Positions 57,481 to 64,000 of a stretch of DNA of 64,000 nucleotides are shown one piece after another. Source of the stretch: Bacteroidota bacterium. Its GTDB lineage: Bacteria > Bacteroidota > Ignavibacteria > OLB7. The translations under genes were made by a program, and so were the position numbers. Location: assembly GCA_048498995.1 (NCBI GenBank), contig JBEHWX010000018.1:2620-66619 (forward strand), written 5' to 3'. The notes beneath the pieces were generated by a model. That model saw only the letters and a list, made by a program, of their open reading frames with translations. It made no database searches and was not told the origin of the DNA. Every line of letters begins with the position of its first letter. Position 1 is the stretch's first letter.

Positions 57481-58347
57481 TCAGCCCAGCTTCGCGTGGA
57501 GAAACGCGAGCGTCCGCTCCCAGGCGCCCTTGGCGGCGGCCGCGTCGTAGCGCTCGCCGGTATCGTTGAAGAACGCGTGGCCGGCGGCCCGATAGATCTT
57601 GTACTCGTACTGCTTGCCGAGGCGCGTCATCTCCGCGGCCACCTCCGGCACCTTGGACGTGATCCGCTCGTCGGTCTCGCCGTAGAGGCCGAGGACGGGA
57701 GCCTTGATCCGGGCCAGCTTCTCCTCCTCGGGAGCGCTGCCGTAGAATACCACCGCGGCGCGGAGCCGGTCGCTCTCGGTCGCCAGCAGAAACGACCGCG
57801 CGCCACCCCAGCAGAATCCCACCGAGCCGAGCTTGTCCGGATCGACCTTCGCGTGCCGCGCCAGCGCGGTGAGCGCCGCCTTCAGATCGCCGCTCGCGGT
57901 CTCGGCCGGGAGCGCCATGATCGCGTCGCGCGCCGCGTCCGGGGAGCTCATCGAGGCGGTGCCTCCCTTGCGCGCCAGCAGATCGGGCGCGAGTGCCACG
58001 AACCCGGCCGCGGCGAAGCGGCGGGCCACGTCGCGGATGTGATCGTTCAGGCCGCGGTTCTCATGGATCACGATCACGCCGGGAAATGGCCCCTTTGCGT
58101 CCGGCTCGCTCAGGTAGCCGGTCAGCGTCTGCCCGTCGTCGGCCGGATAGAAGATCGGCCGCGAGGCCACCTTCATGTTCCCCGACTCCCGATCCGAGAC
58201 GAGCGTCGCGGCAAGCCCGGTCGACTCCAGGAGCAGGTGCGCGGCGGCCATGCTTCCGGTGATCCCGACGAGCTTCGCGATAAATCCCCTCCGATCGATC
58301 GTTCCCTCCTCGTACGCGCCGAGGATCGATGCCATCTGTTCCTTCAT
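57481..58347 (-). CDS. Dienelactone hydrolase family protein (YghX-like)
   Basis: DRRGF leader; IHENRGLN, GFCWGG and HAFFNDT. Confidence 0.92.
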   Translation of the reverse strand: MKEQMASILGAYEEGTIDRRGFIAKLVGITGSMAAAHLLLESTGLAATLVSDRESGNMKVASRPIFYPADDGQTLTGYLSEPDAKGPFPGVIVIHENRGLNDHIRDVARRFAAAGFVALAPDLLARKGGTASMSSPDAARDAIMALPAETASGDLKAALTALARHAKVDPDKLGSVGFCWGGARSFLLATESDRLRAAVVFYGSAPEEEKLARIKAPVLGLYGETDERITSKVPEVAAEMTRLGKQYEYKIYRAAGHAFFNDTGERYDAAAAKGAWERTLAFLHAKLG

Positions 58348-58641
58348 CGAACAACCTGCTGAGAAGTGAGATTGCCGCATGCGCGACGTCACGTTGATCG
58401 CGCGTCGAAACGGTGCGCGGCGCCGGATTCCCGGCGATGCGCCTGACGGTTCCCGCGTCGATCGCGGCTTGCGCGCGTGTCGCGTCCGTTGCTTCGGCGC
58501 GAAATATAGCGTGCGCGTGCTTCAGGGCTCCTCCATGGCACAAGCGACATCGGCGAGCCCGACGAGCGCCGAGGCGCATGAAGCATCCATATCGTGCGTG
58601 CGTATTCCGGGTGAAGCTGGCGCCACGGATGCCCGCACAGC

Positions 58642-58678
58642 GAAGAAGCCGCTGCCGTTCGTCGGCAGCGGCTTCTTC
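58642..58678. terminator. Terminator hairpin ending the minus-strand gene run
   Basis: GAAGAAGCCGCTGCCG/CGGCAGCGGCTTCTTC 16-bp stem. Confidence 0.7.
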
Positions 58679-58728
58679 CACATTTTCACGATCGAAGCTC
58701 ATCGAATATTCACGCGACGATCGCGCGC

Positions 58729-59127
58729 TCACTCCGGCATGGTGCCGACGAGCGCCCGTAGCTTCTTCGGCGCCACCATGCAGTAGGCCTGCGCCGCCAA
58801 CGCTTCCAATTCCTCATCGTCGCAGCGATCGAGGCAGACGCCGATCCAGCCGCTCGGCCCCATGTAGGGAGGAATGAAGAAGAGCTCGGGATCGTGCTCC
58901 ACCAGCATCTCCTGCGTCCCCTCCGGCGCGTGCAGCCAGACCGCGATGCGGCCATCGCCGTGATGGTTGTCGGCGAACATGGCGAACAGGCGATCCCTGA
59001 TGCGGAACGTGGGACGTCCCCAGGCCTGCTTTTCGGTCGCCTCCGGAAGCGCGAGGCAGATGCGGCGGAGCCGTTCGAACTGGCTCATCGCGGCATGACT
59101 GATTGGAATGTTTGCATGAATGGCCAT
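58729..59127 (-). CDS. MmcQ/YjbR family protein
   Basis: LRRICLALPEA, PTFRI and FIPPYMGPSGWIG. Confidence 0.88.
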   Translation of the reverse strand: MAIHANIPISHAAMSQFERLRRICLALPEATEKQAWGRPTFRIRDRLFAMFADNHHGDGRIAVWLHAPEGTQEMLVEHDPELFFIPPYMGPSGWIGVCLDRCDDEELEALAAQAYCMVAPKKLRALVGTMPE

Positions 59128-59128
59128 A

Positions 59129-59482
59129 TCAGAGCGCTCGATCATCGGCGTGGGGAATCTCCTCTATACCGTTGTAGACCGGACGTCCACGCGCGACGAG
59201 GAGATCGCGCTCCCTGTTGGCGCCGGGAGATTCGGCCACCATCACGATCGCGTCGCAACGCTCGACCAGCGCCAGCGATATCGCCATGATCGCCTCGTAG
59301 CGATCTCCACCATCGAGCGCATCGACGACCGGAAGCGCGGCATTGACGCCGATCATCGGAATGTGTCCGCGGCGGAGCACTTCGGCGGCCGCGCGGTTGA
59401 GCGTGTCCAGGTTGGCCTGGCGTCCCTCCAGCGTCGGCGCCGAATAGGGTCCGGCCACGGCAATGAGCATGCGTTCGGTCAT
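59129..59482 (-). CDS. DUF4406 / nucleoside 2-deoxyribosyltransferase-like protein
   Basis: IAVAGPYS; CDAI...ESPGANRE. Confidence 0.75.
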   Translation of the reverse strand: MTERMLIAVAGPYSAPTLEGRQANLDTLNRAAAEVLRRGHIPMIGVNAALPVVDALDGGDRYEAIMAISLALVERCDAIVMVAESPGANRERDLLVARGRPVYNGIEEIPHADDRAL

Positions 59483-59541
59483 CAAGAGCTCTCCATCATG
59501 GATGTATCGGTTCGATCGAATGCAGCTCCGCCCAACGGATG

Positions 59542-60147
59542 TCATTCGTCCCCCCATTCGACCAATCGGGACCAGAAGCGGATCCTCCGGATCGGATGAT
59601 TCAGGCGTCGCGCCGTCACGTTCGGGAGGAGATCCTTCGCGAGATATTCGACCAGATTGGCGCCGTAGTAGATAATGTCCGTCTGATACACGGACAACAC
59701 CGGATTGCCGGCGGCATGCGGCTCCGCGGGTATGTAGCGATGGCCACAGATCGGAATGAGCCGCGGCGCGTCATCGACCGCCCGGCGCGCAATGGCGATG
59801 GCATCGTCCAGGGCAGCCGGACGCGGCCCCCATTCCGGCAACCAGAAGGAATCGTGCTTGATATCGAAGCGGATCCCCTCGAATGGCCATGCGAGGCGCT
59901 CGCGAATCATCTCATCACTTCCGCGCCTCCAGTCGATACACTTGTGCGAGACCGGGAGCCACCGATGGAGCAAGTCCCGGTAATCGGGAGGGAAGCGAAA
60001 TCCGAAGCGCTCCTCGATGCGAGCGATCTCGAGATCGGAAAGTCCCGGCTCGAGCACAACGCCGGCGCGCTCGAAGATCTCCTCGATGCGCGCCAGGTCA
60101 GCCGTTGTGAACGGCGCCGACATCGCGTCATGATGTTCCATGTGCAC
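59542..60147 (-). CDS. SMI1/KNR4 family protein
   Basis: GLSDLEIARIEERFGFRFPPDYR; LIPICGHRY; QTDIIYYG. Confidence 0.85.
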   Translation of the reverse strand: MHMEHHDAMSAPFTTADLARIEEIFERAGVVLEPGLSDLEIARIEERFGFRFPPDYRDLLHRWLPVSHKCIDWRRGSDEMIRERLAWPFEGIRFDIKHDSFWLPEWGPRPAALDDAIAIARRAVDDAPRLIPICGHRYIPAEPHAAGNPVLSVYQTDIIYYGANLVEYLAKDLLPNVTARRLNHPIRRIRFWSRLVEWGDE

Positions 60148-60156
60148 GCAACGCTC

Positions 60157-60669
60157 CTACCGCAACAGTCCGGCGATCTTCATCATCGCCTCCGCCTTCT
60201 TGTATTCCTCGCCTCCCCCCTCGACCAGGCCGGGGAGGATGATCAGCCGTTTCCTCGTTTTCCCTCCCTCGTCGAAGAGCAGCGTGAAGTAGCCGCGCGT
60301 CGCCGGCGGCCTGGGCGGGTGCGCGGTTACCGAGCGGATCGCCGGGCGCTCGATCACCGGCGCGGCGGAATTGTTCCGGCTGGCGATCACGTTCACCAGG
60401 AAGTAGAGCCCCATCAGCAGAAAGAGCACTCCCGCGAGCGTCTCCCCCGCCATGAACGAGCGGAAGCCGAACCCGACGGCGCCGAGTCCGATCAGCGAGT
60501 AGAGGATCAGTGTCCGGTTGATCGATCCGCCGCGACCATGGAGCGCCTGCGCCGCCGCGCCGCGTGGTCCCTCGCGGGTGAGGATGATGCTCTCGGACGT
60601 GATCGTGCAGGTGCCGGTCTTCGTCCGGAACTGGTGTCCGATGGTTTCGTCGGTCGATGGCTCGCTCAT
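60157..60669 (-). CDS. Hypothetical membrane protein
   Basis: Two TM helices; TKTGTC and RKRLIILPG. Confidence 0.7.
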   Translation of the reverse strand: MSEPSTDETIGHQFRTKTGTCTITSESIILTREGPRGAAAQALHGRGGSINRTLILYSLIGLGAVGFGFRSFMAGETLAGVLFLLMGLYFLVNVIASRNNSAAPVIERPAIRSVTAHPPRPPATRGYFTLLFDEGGKTRKRLIILPGLVEGGGEEYKKAEAMMKIAGLLR

Positions 60670-60774
60670 AAGTGATGCTCCGTTGTCGCTGGGGATGCCC
60701 ACGTCCGGAAAGATAGAGAACAGCGCCGATCATGCCGCGAGGTCGGTATCCACGCGGCGCGCCCAGCGGAGAAA

Positions 60775-61407
60775 TCACTCGGCGTCGCGGAGCGCGTCGA
60801 GATCGGCGGCGACGATCGTTTCCAGGTTGCGGGTGATCTTCCCGATATCCCAGTTCCACCACGCCAACTCCAGCAGCGCGGCGATCGTCTCCTCATCGAA
60901 GCGGCGCTTCAGCACCTTCGCGGGGTTGCCGCCGACCACGGCATATGGCGGCACGTCGGCCACGACCACGGAACGGGATGCGATGATGGCGCCGTCGCCG
61001 ATGGTCACCCCCGGCATCACCAGCACATCGTACCCGATCCAGACGTCGTTGCCGATCACCGTGTCCCCCTTGTAGGGAAGCTCGGCGAGGCTCGGCATCA
61101 CCCGCTCCCAGCCGTTGCCGAAGATCTGAAACGGATAGGTCGAGAAGCCGCTCGTCTTGTGATTGGCGCCGTTCATGATGAATTTCACCCCGCGCGCGAT
61201 CGCGCAGAACCGGCCGATGATCAGCTTGTCGCCGATGAACGGAAAATGGTAGAGAACGTTCCGCTCGAAATTCTCCGAATCCTCGGGGTCGTCGTAGTAG
61301 GTGTACTCTCCGATAACGATGTTCGGATTGGTGACGGTGTTCCTGATATAGCAGACCTGCGGGAATCCCCGCATCGGATGCGGATCGGTGGGTGCGGGTC
61401 CTGTCAT
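60775..61407 (-). CDS. vat: Vat/CatB-family hexapeptide O-acetyltransferase (streptogramin A acetyltransferase-like)
   Basis: NIVIGEYTYYDD, MNGANH, IGNDVWIG, GGNPAK and WWNW. Confidence 0.85.
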   Translation of the reverse strand: MTGPAPTDPHPMRGFPQVCYIRNTVTNPNIVIGEYTYYDDPEDSENFERNVLYHFPFIGDKLIIGRFCAIARGVKFIMNGANHKTSGFSTYPFQIFGNGWERVMPSLAELPYKGDTVIGNDVWIGYDVLVMPGVTIGDGAIIASRSVVVADVPPYAVVGGNPAKVLKRRFDEETIAALLELAWWNWDIGKITRNLETIVAADLDALRDAE

Positions 61408-61481
61408 GAGCGTCTTCTCCTGCTTGTGATACGTGGCCGGGATACACGCGCGGCCGATGCGGCGTTACGCGCCGGAGGGAA

Positions 61482-62312
61482 TCACGACGACGCGATCTCG
61501 ACCGGCCCATCCGTGGCCACGCGGAAGATCGCCAGCGCGCCGACGCGCTCCTCGACGCTCCCGAGGCAGCAGACCGAGGTACGCCGCCCCGAGGGATGAA
61601 GGATCGTGCTCCGATACGCCATGTGCATGTGGCCGCAGAGCACCAGCGACGGCTCCAGCAGATCGATCGCCATCCTGACATGCTCGTTGCCGATGCCATC
61701 GAAGCGCATGCTCCGCCGCCGCTCCTCGAACGTCGATGCATCCCCCTCCGCGATGATCCCCGACGGCCATTCGTGCAGCAGCAGCACGTCGACGCGGCCG
61801 AGATCGAGCAGCCGCGCTATCTCCGCTTCCGTGAACCCGATATACTCCTTGTTGGAGCGGACGCCGATCTCCCCGATCGACGGGCGCGACGCGAAGCTCT
61901 CCTCCCGGTAAATGCCGGAGAGTCCGGCGACGCGGAGTCCGCCGAGCTCGACCATGCCGACGCGTCCCAGGTAATGGCAGTCGCGGGCAACGGCGGCGCC
62001 CTCCGGAATCAGATCGAGATAGCCGTACGGCTCGTGGTTGCCGCCGATGAAGTGGACTGGCCAGGGGAAGAGACGGGCGCCGGAGTGGAACGCCGCGAAG
62101 TCCCCGAGCTTCCGATATTTCGCTGGCGCGGCCATCGTCGCAAGATCCCGTTCGTCGCGGTGCGGCTCGAAATCGCCGACCTGCAGCACGAAGGATAGCT
62201 CCACTCCCGATCGCCTCTCCCAGCCGGCGACCAGATCGACCATCGCGTCCATGTGGCCGTGAACGTCGCCGACGGCGGCGAAATGGATCGGAGATGCCGT
62301 CGGGATGCTCAT
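61482..62312 (-). CDS. Metallophosphoesterase resembling RNA lariat debranching enzyme Dbr1
   Basis: GDVHG, GDF..HRDE.DL..MAAPAKY, FIGGNHE, YLG..G, LSGIY, LHEWP, GN and GHMH. Confidence 0.85.
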   Translation of the reverse strand: MSIPTASPIHFAAVGDVHGHMDAMVDLVAGWERRSGVELSFVLQVGDFEPHRDERDLATMAAPAKYRKLGDFAAFHSGARLFPWPVHFIGGNHEPYGYLDLIPEGAAVARDCHYLGRVGMVELGGLRVAGLSGIYREESFASRPSIGEIGVRSNKEYIGFTEAEIARLLDLGRVDVLLLHEWPSGIIAEGDASTFEERRRSMRFDGIGNEHVRMAIDLLEPSLVLCGHMHMAYRSTILHPSGRRTSVCCLGSVEERVGALAIFRVATDGPVEIASS

Positions 62313-62346
62313 GATGCGGAGCGGGGTTGTGGAATGCGCGCGGCAC

Positions 62347-62706
62347 TCAGTCCTTGAGCATTCTGCGCACGCGATCGTGGGAGATGATGTAGTGTACCAG
62401 CGTGACGACGGCGAAGATCGCCGCGAGCGTCATGTGCCCCATGTCGACCAGCGCCAGAATGCCGGCGGCGAAAAGGACGGTCTCGATCAACAGACGAAGC
62501 GGACCGGAGACGGTAACGATGGGGGGGCCGCCATCGTTCGGAATGCGGAAGATTCCCCAGAGGGAGGCGGCCAGCAACGGCGCGCCGACGGCCAGCCCCC
62601 AGCGTCCGAGCCCCTCGCCGCGCCACCATCCCCACCATCCGACCGATGCGAGAATCGCGAGCTCCAGCAGAAACCGGAGAAGAAGATTGAAGGGATTGTT
62701 GGACAT
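62347..62706 (-). CDS. YrdB (DUF2568) family membrane protein
   Basis: NLLLRFLLE, WGIF and RLLIE. Confidence 0.82.
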   Translation of the reverse strand: MSNNPFNLLLRFLLELAILASVGWWGWWRGEGLGRWGLAVGAPLLAASLWGIFRIPNDGGPPIVTVSGPLRLLIETVLFAAGILALVDMGHMTLAAIFAVVTLVHYIISHDRVRRMLKD

Positions 62707-62709
62707 CGC

Positions 62710-63135
62710 TCACATGCTCGGTTGCGTCGTTCCCCCGCCGCCGGCCGGAAGCCTTCGCCCGGCAAGCAGGAGCATCACCACCCCCTGAAGGGCATAGATC
62801 GCCTGCAGCGGATGATACATTCGGATCAGAAGAAGCTGGCCGCAGATCCACCCGATCGTGATCGCGCCGCAGAGCGCCGCGAGCGGATACGCGGCCGGCC
62901 GGCGAAGCAGGAGCATGACGGCGGAGGCCACGCCGCTTCCACCGACGACGATCGCGAGGATCATCCCCGGGATCAGAAAGCTCCCGAACGGCGTCCCGTC
63001 GAGCATCGCCGGGGTCATCGAGAGCGCCGAGCCGTCCGGCCGGAGGATGAGCGCCATGCCGCTCGGTACGGCGGTGACGGCCAGGAAGAGGGAAAGTACG
63101 ATGAGAAGGCGTTCGACGCCTCGACGTGATGCCAT
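62710..63135 (-). CDS. Hypothetical membrane protein
   Basis: Four TM helices; TPF.SFLIPG..L. Confidence 0.78.
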   Translation of the reverse strand: MASRRGVERLLIVLSLFLAVTAVPSGMALILRPDGSALSMTPAMLDGTPFGSFLIPGMILAIVVGGSGVASAVMLLLRRPAAYPLAALCGAITIGWICGQLLLIRMYHPLQAIYALQGVVMLLLAGRRLPAGGGGTTQPSM

Positions 63136-63334
63136 GATGACGCTCCGGGAAATGCTCCGTCGATCTCGCGTCCCGACGCTGCGCCGAGCCGCGAGGTTCG
63201 CGTGGAGCGGAATCTATCCCCGGATGGGATCACCGCGCCATGACGCTGGTCATGGTCGGGAAGCATGGAACGGCATCGCGGGCCGCGCGGGACGTCCACG
63301 CCATGCCCGGGGCATCCACGCGGGGCATCCACGA

Positions 63335-64000
63335 TCAGACCAGCATCGCCTCGATCTCCCTCGCTTCATCGTCGGTCAGGCGAAGATCCATGGCGCCGAT
63401 CATTCCCTCGATCTGGCCGGCGCTGCGCGCGCCGACGATGGCGCCGGTCACCGCCGGATGCCGGAGCGTCCAGGCCACCGCGGTCTCACCGGGCGAGCGT
63501 CCATGGCGCGCGCCGATCTCCCGCAGCTTCTCGACCAGCTCGAGATTGCGCGAGAGCCGCGGCTCCTGAAACTCCGGGTTGCGACGTCGCCAGTCGTTCT
63601 CCGGCAGCGACCGGGCGCGCTCGCGGGTCATCGCGCCGCTGAGCAGACCGGAGGCCATCGGCGAATAGACGATCACGCCGATTCCCTCCCGCTGGCAGTA
63701 GGGGAGAATCTCCTCCTCCACGCCACGATCGATCAGAGAGTATGGCGGCTGCAGCGACGTGATCGGCGCGATCTCCATCGCCATGCGCATCTGTTCGACG
63801 CTCCAGTTGGAGAGGCCGATCCACCGGACCTTTCCCTCCCGTTGCAGCTCGGCCATCGTCTCCCATCCCTCGCGATCCTCATCGGCATCATCGGTCGGCC
63901 AGTGGATCTGATAGAGATCGATCGCATCGACCTTCAGGCGTCGAAGGCTGGCCTCGCACTCGGTTCTGATCGAGTCGCGGGTAAGCACCTCGCGGACGCT
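63335..64000 (-). CDS. Aldo/keto reductase (5' end outside window)
   Basis: SLRRL..D.IDLYQIHWP, GKVRWIGLSN, LQPPYS and YSPMASGLL. Confidence 0.92.
   Translation of the reverse strand, partial: SVREVLTRDSIRTECEASLRRLKVDAIDLYQIHWPTDDADEDREGWETMAELQREGKVRWIGLSNWSVEQMRMAMEIAPITSLQPPYSLIDRGVEEEILPYCQREGIGVIVYSPMASGLLSGAMTRERARSLPENDWRRRNPEFQEPRLSRNLELVEKLREIGARHGRSPGETAVAWTLRHPAVTGAIVGARSAGQIEGMIGAMDLRLTDDEAREIEAMLV

Noticed and set aside
1-64000. tRNA, rRNA, IS or integrase genes
   Set aside because: No recognisable signatures by eye; a tRNAscan/Rfam run would be needed to exclude small RNAs

Overview
High-GC bacterial chromosomal window with about 55 CDS. I found no rRNA, tRNA, CRISPR array, transposase or phage structural gene. 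Several features suggest an FCB-group (Bacteroidota/Chlorobiota-related) organism, plausibly Ca. Kapabacteria-like (inference): T9SS-type C-termini, an SBBP/Ig-repeat protein, a double-OmpA protein, an AmgK-RapZ fusion with MurU, TPR-LuxR, and TAnnTT(T/C)G promoter motifs alongside SD sequences. Content from left to right: two GT-C-like membrane proteins, pdxB, peptidoglycan recycling genes, an ECF sigma/anti-sigma pair divergent from an SBBP adhesin plus OmpA, four tandem carboxypeptidase-regulatory-domain paralogs, GTAG-type REPs, MocR/DUF2917, a nadM-Nudix/nadV NAD salvage operon, a probable metal-uptake locus, assorted housekeeping and stress genes, an iron-box TonB receptor plus PepSY, and a co-oriented run containing vat and a Dbr1-like phosphoesterase. 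Best leads: (1) a bacterial homolog of the eukaryotic lariat debranching enzyme Dbr1; (2) a hairpin(RGRGA loop)+GGAGA motif present three times in the NAD salvage operon leaders, with a coupled uORF; (3) 82-bp hairpin tandem repeats in the TonB receptor leader; (4) an in-frame amber codon splitting a Gly/Trp/Cys-rich secreted ORF; (5) a DUF2946-like HPP-ending leader peptide; (6) face-to-face ECF-type promoters. All family calls come from motif recognition by eye, without database searches.
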